From Caldisphaera sp. (GTDB lineage: Archaea; Thermoproteota; Thermoprotei_A; Sulfolobales; Acidilobaceae), in the NCBI GenBank assembly GCA_049971805.1, contig JBMFKU010000016.1:1-31168 (forward strand): a DNA stretch of 31,168 nt. The letters are read 5' to 3'. The notes beneath the pieces were generated by a model. It saw nothing but the letters and a program-made list of their open reading frames with translations. It searched no databases and was not told the origin of the DNA. Each line of letters begins with the position of its first letter. Position 1 is the first letter of the stretch. Both the position numbers and the translations under genes were made by a program. Below are positions 18,433-28,012 of the stretch, piece after piece.

Positions 18433-19605
18433 TCAATCATATAAATACTCTAATTTCTTAGCTAAGTTATCCAAGAACCTTAGCCTCTTTGGAGTTGGTG
18501 GGTGGGTTGCCATTATTTCTTCTTTCGGATCTGTTGGTCTTTTCTTTAATTCTTCAACGGCCTCATCAATATCTTCATATTCTCTATTCCTCCTGCTTGG
18601 GAAGTCAAATTCAAAGAAGAAGCCGCCATAAATTTCTACAAAAGGAGCTATTATAAATAGCATCTGAGCTGTTGAGTTGTTTTTCGCTTCTTTCTTCAAT
18701 CTCCTACTTGAATCATAAGTTATTTCTAATCTGGCAAGAGCTCTTTGTAAGTTTCTTGGATTTTTTGTTACAATAGCACTGTTTGCATCGGCATAATACT
18801 CTCTTAATCTATTGAAATGGGCAACCAAAAATCTAAATAAAACACCTGCTGCTATTAAAACAACACCAACTATTAATAGTAATACATTACCACTTATATT
18901 GCTATCCCTACCCCTTCCTCCATATCCTCCAGAAAGAAGGCCATTCCATATTAATATTTGGCCTAGGTAATATACAGCCAAGGGAATTAGGCTTAATGCC
19001 AATATAAAGCTAACATCTCTGTGCCTTAAATGGCCAACTTCATGCCCAAGCACAGCTTCCATTTCATTATCTGGCATTGAATTTAATATCCCTCTTGTAA
19101 CGGCAACAAAGTTACCTGTTAGAGGGCTTCCATAAGAAAATGCGTTTGGTATATTTACTTCAGCTATCCTTAACTTAGGTGTTTTAATATTGCTTCTATT
19201 TGAAACATTTGCCAATATTTGCTGTAATTTCTTCTCTTCATTTGTTTTAGGCTCATGGGCCCTATACATTAAATTAATTAAATAAGGTGAAAAAAGCCAT
19301 TGAAATATTATAATCAAAAATGTTAGAAAAACTGCACCCACTACTATTGAGTCTGCAACAAGAGGCAATCCAAACGCATAGCTTAAAATTTCCGCAGTTC
19401 CAATAAACACCCCTATGCCTGCTAAAATAATTGCTATTGCAGATATAATCATAGATGCCTTTAAACTGGATAGGCTTTCAGGCTCACTCCCAACAATTTT
19501 TGGAGCAAAAGCTGTAATTATAGCAACCATTAAACCGGCTATTAATGAACCTATTATCATTACCCACCAATATGTAAACATAAATGCTAGCAGCCCACCA
19601 AGCAT
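18433..19605 (-). CDS. htpX: zinc metalloprotease HtpX (M48 family)
   Basis: PNAF, HEVGH (HExxH), REYYAD, THPP..KR, multiple TM helices. Confidence 0.9.
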   Translation of the reverse strand: MLGGLLAFMFTYWWVMIIGSLIAGLMVAIITAFAPKIVGSEPESLSSLKASMIISAIAIILAGIGVFIGTAEILSYAFGLPLVADSIVVGAVFLTFLIIIFQWLFSPYLINLMYRAHEPKTNEEKKLQQILANVSNRSNIKTPKLRIAEVNIPNAFSYGSPLTGNFVAVTRGILNSMPDNEMEAVLGHEVGHLRHRDVSFILALSLIPLAVYYLGQILIWNGLLSGGYGGRGRDSNISGNVLLLIVGVVLIAAGVLFRFLVAHFNRLREYYADANSAIVTKNPRNLQRALARLEITYDSSRRLKKEAKNNSTAQMLFIIAPFVEIYGGFFFEFDFPSRRNREYEDIDEAVEELKKRPTDPKEEIMATHPPTPKRLRFLDNLAKKLEYLYD

Positions 19606-19713
19606 CTTTCTTCACCCCCAACTATTTTTTCCCCTGAGGGGATTAAACCTTTCTATTTTATTTCAAATAAAGCTTAAATGCTAAAATATTTTAAACTATT
19701 AAGGAGTGATAAA

Positions 19714-20286
19714 ATGGAAATTAATTTGAATAGGATTTGTGAAAAAAACAAATTAGTTATAATAATTTCAGGCCCTCCTGGGTCTGGAAAATCTACATAT
19801 GCCAAAATGCTTGCAAAGGACTTAGGGCTTAGATATTATACAAGCGGACAGGCCTTTAGAGAAATAGCAAAAGAAATGAATTTGGATCTCACAGAATTAA
19901 ATAAAATGGCAGAAAAAGATCCAAGCATAGATTTAAAAATAGATAAAAAATCTTTTGATGAGTTATTAAAGGGTTGTATAGTTATAGATTCTCATCTAGC
20001 TTCTTGGCTATTCAGAGAATATGCAACATTAACCATTTATGTTAAGGCAGATATGAAAAACAGAGTTAAAAGAATGTCTGAAAGAGATTGTATAGATATG
20101 GAAAATGCTATGAAAGAATCAAGCATAAGAGAAATAACACATTGGAAGAGATTTAAAAAATATTATGGAATAGACATAAGAGACCTATCTCTATTTGATT
20201 TAGTTGTAGATACAACAAACCTAAGCATACAAGATGCCTATAACATAATATTAGAATTCGTTAAAAGGGAATTAAAATTAAATTAA
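19714..20286 (+). CDS. cmk: archaeal cytidylate kinase
   Basis: ISGPPGSGKST, G..FR, ID..ID, RFKKYYGID..D. Start at ATG 19714 behind AGGAGTGA. Confidence 0.88.
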   Translation: MEINLNRICEKNKLVIIISGPPGSGKSTYAKMLAKDLGLRYYTSGQAFREIAKEMNLDLTELNKMAEKDPSIDLKIDKKSFDELLKGCIVIDSHLASWLFREYATLTIYVKADMKNRVKRMSERDCIDMENAMKESSIREITHWKRFKKYYGIDIRDLSLFDLVVDTTNLSIQDAYNIILEFVKRELKLN

Positions 20287-20311
20287 AAATTTTTTATTTT
20301 TATTAGCCTGT

Positions 20312-20611
20312 CTACTCCTTACCTAAGCAAATTTCTATGCTACTGACCCTTCTTGTTCTTTGCTGATTTGTTTGTGGATCATTAACAGTTATTTCATGAC
20401 TTCCTACATCAATGTTTTTAACTTTTACATTCTTAGCAAATCTGCTTCTTACTATTTCAACAGTATCAACAGCCTTAGTTATATTTCTACCCCTTGCTTT
20501 TACAACAACGGCTGAAACGTTCTGTTCCATCAATGTTGTTAAAACAGCTAACACATAGTTCATTACAGGCTTTTTACCAACTCTAACCTCAGGTGATCCT
20601 TCGCATACCAT
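20312..20611 (-). CDS. albA: DNA/RNA-binding protein Alba
   Basis: [34 protein letters not shown]. Confidence 0.95.
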   Translation of the reverse strand: MVCEGSPEVRVGKKPVMNYVLAVLTTLMEQNVSAVVVKARGRNITKAVDTVEIVRSRFAKNVKVKNIDVGSHEITVNDPQTNQQRTRRVSSIEICLGKE

Positions 20612-20659
20612 AACGCTCCACCTATTCTAGCAATTTTGTGCTGTTTATTCAAAGACATA

Positions 20660-20687
20660 GATAGCAATATATAAGCTTTTTGCTATC
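20660..20687. promoter_or_regulatory. alba BRE/TATA box flanked by an inverted repeat
   Basis: GATAGCAA-N12-TTGCTATC; the minus strand reads AAAAAGCTTATATA across the spacer. Confidence 0.5.
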
Positions 20688-20745
20688 CGCTAAGACTAAA
20701 AAATATATAAACAAAGGTTTACAAATATTTTATGGTGGAAATTAA

Positions 20746-21456
20746 TTGGCAAACAGAAGCTTGAACAAAAAAATAACCTATATAATAGTTTTGTTAATGG
20801 TTGTTATAGTATTAACAAATGCATTATGGTTTGTTTCCTTCAGCCAAATAAATAATTCATACAACACAATAAAGAATAAATATAATCAATCAGTTACAAC
20901 ATACAACAAAACAATCAATAATCTGACTAAGATCATTACAACTTATCAAAAAGATTTAAATACAACTATAAAGCTTCTTAACATATCAACAAAACTATTG
21001 AAAATATATAATGCGACATTAACTATTGAAACAGCCGAATATAACTTAACCAAAGCAAAGCTAAACATAGCTATGGCCTTATTAACTTTAAATAGCATTG
21101 ATGAATTTAAAATAGCAAACTCTTCCATGCAAGATGCAATCAACTTAACACTAAGTTCAACACAAAACAGTTCATTAAAAAGCTATTATTTAATAGCTGC
21201 AAGTAAGGATGTAAACACATCAATATTAATTTTGAATCAACTCGAAACAAACGGAAAAATTTTAAATCTATCAAGATATTATTTAAATAATATATCAAAT
21301 GCATTATCTTTAGCAAACTCTGTTAATTCAATAATAATAAAATTAATTAATGGTGGTAGCCCATCATATACAGATATAGTAACTTTGACCAATGCGCAAA
21401 CATATTTCCCAATTTATTTGGCATACGCAGAAAAGATATTATTAAATAATTATTAA
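20746..21456 (+). CDS. N-terminally anchored extracellular coiled-coil glycoprotein, hypothetical
   Basis: Single N-terminal TM helix, heptad pattern, about 15 NxS/T sequons counted by eye. Confidence 0.7.
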   Translation: MANRSLNKKITYIIVLLMVVIVLTNALWFVSFSQINNSYNTIKNKYNQSVTTYNKTINNLTKIITTYQKDLNTTIKLLNISTKLLKIYNATLTIETAEYNLTKAKLNIAMALLTLNSIDEFKIANSSMQDAINLTLSSTQNSSLKSYYLIAASKDVNTSILILNQLETNGKILNLSRYYLNNISNALSLANSVNSIIIKLINGGSPSYTDIVTLTNAQTYFPIYLAYAEKILLNNY

Positions 21457-21477
21457 AAATAAATTTTAAAATAAAAA

Positions 21478-22476
21478 TTACTCAGAATATTTGCTAAATA
21501 TGGAATAACATAATAGGGTTTCTTCAACATTATTAATAATCCTTGAAATATCTATTATTCTTGCTAGTAAATAACCAAAGGAAGGGGATGAACTCTTAAT
21601 TATTTCTACCAAATCCTTTTCCAATTCTAGGATTGTTCTAAGTTTCCAATAGGCTTCTTCTTCCTTCTTAATGCTTGGCGGTTGTATGCTAGATGTCGAT
21701 GTTACAATAGATACTTCTAAAAGTTGTAACAAAAACTTAAGCCTCTCCTTTTCATCTAAGCTCAAATTATCTGATAAATTAATTATATCTATTGCTAGTT
21801 TATATAAGGAATCATTAGATAAAATTAATAATCCAACTGCGGCAGACAAGAGTCTATTCATATGTTCTTCTGTAAGCCCTTGGCCTCTACCTCTACTTGC
21901 CATCCTTAACAATCTAAAACTATAAGATTTTAATTCCTCATAGCCCATATCTATATCGCTTTGACTTATGTTAGATCCATCTAATTGCATTGTTAGCTTT
22001 GATATTAAATCGCTCAAATTCCTTCCATATACCATTAGTGTATCAACTACATTTATTATTTTATCCTTAAAATTTATAGCCATTTCATATTCGCTAATAA
22101 GACCAGATTCTGTAGAGGGTAACTTTTCAGCTGTTTGGCTCGCCTTTTCTAAAATATCGCTTCTAAATGGTCTGTTTGAATACAAAACTATTGAATCAAG
22201 ACCTGATATATAAGAACATAATACTATTCTACCTGCATGCTTACATACATTGTTATGCTGAATAGAAAAAGATGACTTTAAAATAGATCCGCCTTCGGAT
22301 GGAGATATAATTAACCTTTCTCCATCTTCGAAAACAGATACTATGCTTCCAACATTAACTCTATGCTTCCTAGCCCACTCTCTTGGGATAGTAATAATCA
22401 TAGAAGATGTACCTAATTTTTGAACTTTTCTTTGCACTGACTTGCCTTCTATCTCTATACTTTCTACTTCGTTCAA
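21478..22476 (-). CDS. second AbrB/SpoVT-domain PhoU-like regulator
   Basis: RKVQKLGTSSMIITIPREWARKHRVNVG motif, SCYISG segment, helical C-terminus; GGTGA RBS before TTG. Confidence 0.8.
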   Translation of the reverse strand: MNEVESIEIEGKSVQRKVQKLGTSSMIITIPREWARKHRVNVGSIVSVFEDGERLIISPSEGGSILKSSFSIQHNNVCKHAGRIVLCSYISGLDSIVLYSNRPFRSDILEKASQTAEKLPSTESGLISEYEMAINFKDKIINVVDTLMVYGRNLSDLISKLTMQLDGSNISQSDIDMGYEELKSYSFRLLRMASRGRGQGLTEEHMNRLLSAAVGLLILSNDSLYKLAIDIINLSDNLSLDEKERLKFLLQLLEVSIVTSTSSIQPPSIKKEEEAYWKLRTILELEKDLVEIIKSSSPSFGYLLARIIDISRIINNVEETLLCYSIFSKYSE

Positions 22477-22550
22477 AAAGGTTCACCATGTCTTATATGT
22501 TGTGGGTCGCTTAAATATGTTTGTAGTTAATAAATGTTTACCATAGGTTT

Positions 22551-22639
22551 TGTATATATCTATACAGTATAGCAATGTGTATTTTCAGTGAAAATATTTA
22601 TTAACCCACTTTACATATATTATCTTGCCTGTGAAGGCA
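22551..22639. promoter_or_regulatory. glnA upstream palindromes and RBS hairpin
   Basis: TGTATA-N4-TATACA (22551-22566), TATTTTCA-G-TGAAAATA (22580-22596), TGCCT-GTGA-AGGCA (22626-22639). Confidence 0.5.
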
Positions 22640-22640
22640 T

Positions 22641-24002
22641 TTGAGTGCGGCAGAAAAAATTAGGTTTGTGGATGTGCAATATATTGATTTAACAGGTTTT
22701 TTAAGGTCTGTAACTATATCTTATCAAGCTTATCTAGATAAGATACCAAGCTATATAGCTTCATTTGATGGAAGCAGCGTCGAAGGATTTGAAGAGATAA
22801 ACAAAAGCGATATGTTTTTAAAGGCTGATGAAAAGACTTTTTCTAGAGTACCATGGGATACCAATAAAGCAAGGGTTATAGGAGAAATATATGATTTAAA
22901 AAACAAGAGATATGAAAAGGATCCAAGATATATTGCTTTTTCAACTACAGATTATATAAAGCAACAAGGCTATTCGCCTATGGTTGGTTCTGAGATTGAA
23001 TTCTTCCTTTTTGATTCAATAGATTTAGATGTAGGAAATCCTATAAAAGGAATAGGTTATGATTTAACTTCTCAAGAACAACCTTGGGATTTCTCAGGTT
23101 TAACTCTAAGAACGAAGAAATCCTACCATATGGCAGAACCAAATGATAAATTATCAAAAACCAGAAGTGAAATAATAAACTCATTTAAAGAATTTGGCTA
23201 TGATTTCGAAGCATCTCACCATGAAGTAGCAGTTTCTCAGAATGAAATTAGCATCAAAGCAGGAGATCCATTGCTTGTAGGAGACGAAATTGTTACACTT
23301 AAATATGTTGCAAGAAACATTTCGTTACAAAATGGGCTAACACCTGTTTTCATGCCAAAGCCATTATTTGGAGATAATGGAAGTGGTTTACATTTCCATA
23401 TGAGCTTATGGGATACAAATAACAAAACAAACTTATTTTACGATGACTCAACAAATGATATAAGCCAACTTGCTAGGTATTTCATAGGAGGAGTTTTATA
23501 TCATGGAAGAAGCTTGGCAGCGCTTGTTGCTCCTACGACAAATAGCTATCATAGATTGGTTCCAGGGTATGAAGCCCCTGTATATCTGGTCTGGGGCCAT
23601 AGCAACAGGAGTGCAGCCGTTAGGATTCCATCAACTGGAGGGAAAAGCAAGTTAACAAGAATTGAATTTAGGAGCCCTGATCCTACATGCAACCCGTATT
23701 TAGCGTTATCAGCATCTCTATTAGCTGGTTTAGATGGCATCAAGAAGAAAATAGATCCGGGAGATCCCTATGAAAATAATGTATATGAAATGCCAGGAAA
23801 TCTGCTAAAAGAAAAGAAAATTATAACGCTACCAAAAAGTTTAGATGAGGCCCTAGAAGAACTAGAAAGCGATAACAATTATTTAAAGCCGATTTTTAAT
23901 AATGAGTTACTAGAAAGTTATTTAGATATTAAAAGAAAAGAATGCGATACCATAAGAATGATGCCAAACCCGTATGAAATATATATGTATTTAAATCTTT
24001 GA
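22641..24002 (+). CDS. glnA: glutamine synthetase type I
   Basis: FDGSS, HHEVA, FMPKP..NGSGLHFH, LVPGYEAP, NRSAAVRIP, RIEFRSPDP. Confidence 0.96.
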   Translation: MSAAEKIRFVDVQYIDLTGFLRSVTISYQAYLDKIPSYIASFDGSSVEGFEEINKSDMFLKADEKTFSRVPWDTNKARVIGEIYDLKNKRYEKDPRYIAFSTTDYIKQQGYSPMVGSEIEFFLFDSIDLDVGNPIKGIGYDLTSQEQPWDFSGLTLRTKKSYHMAEPNDKLSKTRSEIINSFKEFGYDFEASHHEVAVSQNEISIKAGDPLLVGDEIVTLKYVARNISLQNGLTPVFMPKPLFGDNGSGLHFHMSLWDTNNKTNLFYDDSTNDISQLARYFIGGVLYHGRSLAALVAPTTNSYHRLVPGYEAPVYLVWGHSNRSAAVRIPSTGGKSKLTRIEFRSPDPTCNPYLALSASLLAGLDGIKKKIDPGDPYENNVYEMPGNLLKEKKIITLPKSLDEALEELESDNNYLKPIFNNELLESYLDIKRKECDTIRMMPNPYEIYMYLNL

Positions 24003-24034
24003 TTTTTTATTTTTATTATTTTATGCATGGTTCT

Positions 24035-24274
24035 TTATGCCGGTTCTATATGAATAATCTGAGTTGGACAACTTTGAACAGCGGCATCTACACAATCCTT
24101 TAAATCATCTGGAACAAAGCCCTCATTAATCTTGCTTGGATCTTTCCTCCACTTTGCAACTATATTGGCTTTTCCATCAACATCTGACATCTCAAACACA
24201 TCTCCGCATAAACTAACACAGACCATATCCGCAATGCAATTATCTCTAGGTTCTTCCCAAACTCTATATGTCAT
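24035..24274 (-). CDS. fdx: monocluster ferredoxin with Asp ligand
   Basis: C13-x2-D16-x2-C19...C69-P; extra C23/C61 pair. Confidence 0.92.
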   Translation of the reverse strand: MTYRVWEEPRDNCIADMVCVSLCGDVFEMSDVDGKANIVAKWRKDPSKINEGFVPDDLKDCVDAAVQSCPTQIIHIEPA

Positions 24275-24489
24275 ACCACACCACCAACATTTTCATTCAT
24301 ACTTTGATTTATTATAACCAGTATAAAAATTTTTTAGGTATTCTCATTATGATCATTAAATAGCAAATTAAATTTCCGACCTCATTTCTAAAATAAATAG
24401 AGGAGGTATATTTTAATTAAAATAAAAACGAAAAAGCATTTATATATTTATATTTTGGAAAATAATAAACTATTGGGTGCTAAATAAAT

Positions 24490-25263
24490 ATGAGCTATTC
24501 ATTTGAAGAAGAAATTTTAGGTTATAACTTTATAGAATATGGAAACCTCGGAAAACCAAAATATTTAATATTGGGACTACCCGATGCAGGTCTAATTGGA
24601 CCTATAGCAGCAAGCCATATTGTGAGAACACTAAATATGCAGGATGTTATAGGAATAGAAAGTTATGGCTATATACCGCCAGCTGCAATAATTCAAAATG
24701 GATCAATAAAGTATCCTATGAGAATATATTCAAATGGAGATATATCAGTGTTGATAACTGATGTAGCACCTGTTCCCTCAGGTATCGTTTCATTAGGTTC
24801 AGCTATAGTTGAATTTGCCAGAAAAAGAGGAGTAGAACATATCATAAGTGTTAGCGGGATTGGCAATCCATCTAGAGCAGAAATTGATAAGCCCAGTGTT
24901 TATTATCTTGCAACTACAGAAAATTCCTTTAAGCTAGTACAGCAATTTAATGATGTTAAACAATTCCCAGACGGAATTATTGTTGGTCCATATGCGATAA
25001 TATTGAAAGAATCAATGAAAAGAAAGGTAAACAATCTATTATTATTAGCAGATGCATTTATTGAAATGCCAGATCCTGAGGCTGCAGCAGAAGTTATTGA
25101 AAAAATATCAAAAATCATTAATATAAACATAGATGTTTCACAACTATTGCAAGAAGCAGAGACATTAAGGCTAAGATTGCAGGGATTGGCAAAGGAAACA
25201 AAAGATGTATTAGCAAAGGTAGGAAAGGGATATGAGTACAGAACACCCCTAATTTATAGTTGA
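24490..25263 (+). CDS. PAC2-family proteasome assembly chaperone homolog
   Basis: GLPDAGLIGPIAASH, PMRIY, PDPEAAA; C-terminal HbYX motif I-Y-S. Confidence 0.88.
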   Translation: MSYSFEEEILGYNFIEYGNLGKPKYLILGLPDAGLIGPIAASHIVRTLNMQDVIGIESYGYIPPAAIIQNGSIKYPMRIYSNGDISVLITDVAPVPSGIVSLGSAIVEFARKRGVEHIISVSGIGNPSRAEIDKPSVYYLATTENSFKLVQQFNDVKQFPDGIIVGPYAIILKESMKRKVNNLLLLADAFIEMPDPEAAAEVIEKISKIININIDVSQLLQEAETLRLRLQGLAKETKDVLAKVGKGYEYRTPLIYS

Positions 25264-25277
25264 GAGGGTGTTAGTAA

Positions 25278-25742
25278 TTGTCTTACGATCAATTTGAAGA
25301 TCTAAGAAAAAGAATGCTAAAAATGCTTAGGGATATGATGATTGATGCAGACGAAATGGATGCATGGCTTGAAGGATTACTAGATGATATGGAACTTTCC
25401 TTAAAGCCAAGAGAATTGCTAAATAAAAGAATTGACGAAAGCTCAAAGGGATATTTAACTCCTTTAATAAGCATTCATGACCTTGGTGATGAGCTATTAA
25501 TAACTATAGATATACCGGGAAGTGATCCAAATAGCATCTCAATAGAATTAGTTCCTGATAAGATATCAATAGAGGCAAAGATTAAAGAAGAGATAGCAAG
25601 AGAAGCATTTGGACAAGCATATTGGGCAAAAAAGATACATGAATATAAAGGAACTTATACATTACCAGCCAATGTTGATCCTAGATCGGCCAAGATAAAC
25701 AAGAAAAAAGGAATGCTCGTAATTAAAGTAAAAAAGGCTTAA
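25278..25742 (+). CDS. small heat-shock protein (Hsp20/alpha-crystallin)
   Basis: PLISIHD..DIPG...LPANVDP..A...GMLVIKVKK; 14 nt after the PAC2 gene, GAGGGTG RBS. Confidence 0.85.
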   Translation: MSYDQFEDLRKRMLKMLRDMMIDADEMDAWLEGLLDDMELSLKPRELLNKRIDESSKGYLTPLISIHDLGDELLITIDIPGSDPNSISIELVPDKISIEAKIKEEIAREAFGQAYWAKKIHEYKGTYTLPANVDPRSAKINKKKGMLVIKVKKA

Positions 25743-25758
25743 AAATTGCTAATCTTTT

Positions 25759-27831
25759 TTAAGATTTCTTCTCTTCCAAGGATTCATCAACTAGTTCAGC
25801 AATATCTTTAACTTTAAAACCAAACTTATCAGATTCCCCTCTAAACATTGTGTTACACATTGGGCAAGAAACAGATAGGACTTTTTCATTAGAATCTATT
25901 TTATCTAAAGTCTCCTTTGCCTCTTCAGATCTGATAACGGATATCCTTTCTCCTCTCTTTACTTCATAAAACATTTGGCCTCCCCCACCACCACAGCAAA
26001 AACTATTTTCCCTATTCCTTGGCATTTCTTTAATCCTCAACCCCTTTATACTGCCAATAACTTTTCTAGGCTCATCATAAATATTATTCCACCTACCTAA
26101 ATAGCATGGATCATGATATGTTATTGCATAATTTAATTCCTTTGTTGGCTTTATCTTTCCTTCCTTTATTAACCTAGAGATTAAAATACTATGATGCTCA
26201 ACTTTAAGATTTTCTAAGGTTTCAACCAACTTAGCCGTTTCTTGGTTCTTAATTAAATAATCCTTATACTTCTTATAATTATTTTTAAAGTTGTTAAAAC
26301 CGTGAGGACAATTAACTAAAAGCTTTTTGAACTTATACTTGCTAAGCATTTCTAAGTTCATCTTTATATATTCAACATAGAGAGCTTCATCACCTATACT
26401 TCTTGCAGGTTCACCACAGCAACCCTGCTCTATCGGAATCCCTATTCTCAAACCAGCCAATTTTGCAATTTTTATTAAAGATTCTGCAACAGGCCTAATC
26501 CTTGGATCATAGGTTGTAACACAACCAATCCAATAGAGATAATCGTATTCCTCACCCTCTTTTGCTATAATATCATCTCCATACTTTTGTGCCAATTCAT
26601 TGATCCACTGCTCTTTTTCAACAGGATTCATGCCTAGAGGATTACCTGTTTGTTGCAATCTATATAAAGCATTTAATGCATCTTCGGGTATATCTTGTGA
26701 ACTTGTGCTTATCATACCTCTCCTTAGATCAATAATTGTATCTACATGATGTATTGTAACAGGACACTCATATACGCATGCCCCGCATGTTACGCAGCTC
26801 CATATTGCTTCCGGATTAATTTGCATTTCTTTTGTTCCTATTACATTTTCTTCCCATAGACCTTTATGCATCATTTCTTTCATATCAACAATAACGTTTC
26901 TTGGCGATAGTATTTTACCAGAATTAAAAGCCGGACATGCATTTGTACATCTCATACAGCTTGTACATGCATCATAATCTATTCTTTGCTTCCAAGTAGT
27001 ATCTGATAGCTTTACAACACCTACAGGTTTTCCTTTTTCTATTCTTTCATCAATATCTAACACTGGTTTTATTCCATCAGGCATTGATCCTTCTCTTTGT
27101 AAAGAAACATTTACAGTTGCAGAATATATGTGCCATAAATTTGTATAAGGTATTAATGCCATCGCAAGCATAGCCAATGACATGTGGAATAGCCATAAAC
27201 CTCTGTAAATTACTTGCAGTTCTGATATGGGAACAGTCCTTGACCACAAAAATACCAAATAATCTATGGGATCAAACCAATAAGACTCCCACGAATATCT
27301 GTAAGCAACTGCTGCTATTCCACTAAGCAAGAATCCGGTTATTACTATAACTAATAGCATACCTAAAACCAAGTAATAATAGGGATCTTGGGGTAAGTTT
27401 TTTGTCAGCTTTAAACTCCTCCTTATTATTGCTATTACTATTCCAATAATAGCTATAATCCCTGCAATATTAGCTAACAACTTATAAACAAAGAAAACGT
27501 CTCCTGTCAGGAAAATAACTACATGAGCATTTATAGCTCTAAGCACTGTAGTTACGGCAAGCCAACCAATCCCATAAAATATTAAAGCATGCATAGTTCC
27601 TGGAAATCTCTTTCTAAGAACTTTCCATTGCAAAATAACGTATTGAATAAAGTTTTTAACTATATATGTTAAAGATGGCCACTTTATCTTTTCATTACCA
27701 TAGGTCCACCTTTTATACCCAACATATGCAGAATATAAAAGAATAATTGCGACCACAACTGCTTCTCCATAAACTATAGGTTCATAACCCTTGACCCAAA
27801 CAAAATTGTAAATGCCTATTGATGATGTCAA
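25759..27831 (-). CDS. membrane Fe-S oxidoreductase (NarI-like TM + 2x[4Fe-4S] + CCG domains; HdrD/FadF-like)
   Basis: N-terminal TM helices with His residues, CTSCMRCTNACP, CVTCGACVYECP, CCGEP, YHDPCYLGR, CCGGGGG. Confidence 0.88.
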   Translation of the reverse strand: MTSSIGIYNFVWVKGYEPIVYGEAVVVAIILLYSAYVGYKRWTYGNEKIKWPSLTYIVKNFIQYVILQWKVLRKRFPGTMHALIFYGIGWLAVTTVLRAINAHVVIFLTGDVFFVYKLLANIAGIIAIIGIVIAIIRRSLKLTKNLPQDPYYYLVLGMLLVIVITGFLLSGIAAVAYRYSWESYWFDPIDYLVFLWSRTVPISELQVIYRGLWLFHMSLAMLAMALIPYTNLWHIYSATVNVSLQREGSMPDGIKPVLDIDERIEKGKPVGVVKLSDTTWKQRIDYDACTSCMRCTNACPAFNSGKILSPRNVIVDMKEMMHKGLWEENVIGTKEMQINPEAIWSCVTCGACVYECPVTIHHVDTIIDLRRGMISTSSQDIPEDALNALYRLQQTGNPLGMNPVEKEQWINELAQKYGDDIIAKEGEEYDYLYWIGCVTTYDPRIRPVAESLIKIAKLAGLRIGIPIEQGCCGEPARSIGDEALYVEYIKMNLEMLSKYKFKKLLVNCPHGFNNFKNNYKKYKDYLIKNQETAKLVETLENLKVEHHSILISRLIKEGKIKPTKELNYAITYHDPCYLGRWNNIYDEPRKVIGSIKGLRIKEMPRNRENSFCCGGGGGQMFYEVKRGERISVIRSEEAKETLDKIDSNEKVLSVSCPMCNTMFRGESDKFGFKVKDIAELVDESLEEKKS

Positions 27832-28012
27832 ATCTTACACCTACTTCAATGCTTGTAATATAGATTATACTATAAAAATATGATATTATTAAGCTATTAA
27901 AATGAACACAAATTTAGTTTTTATATATGGCTTAAGATTTTTCTAAAACATAAATACAAAATTAATTTATTTTGTTAATCAATTTAAATTCTATCCACTC
28001 TAATAAATTAGG

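Noticed and set aside
3321-20611. Sir2 and Alba as a linked chromatin module
   Set aside because: They are 16 kb apart with unrelated genes in between; co-occurrence in the window is not linkage.
22552-22565. GTA-N8-TAC as an NtcA box upstream of glnA
   Set aside because: NtcA is cyanobacterial and the match is easily reached by chance in AT-rich DNA; kept only as a generic palindrome.
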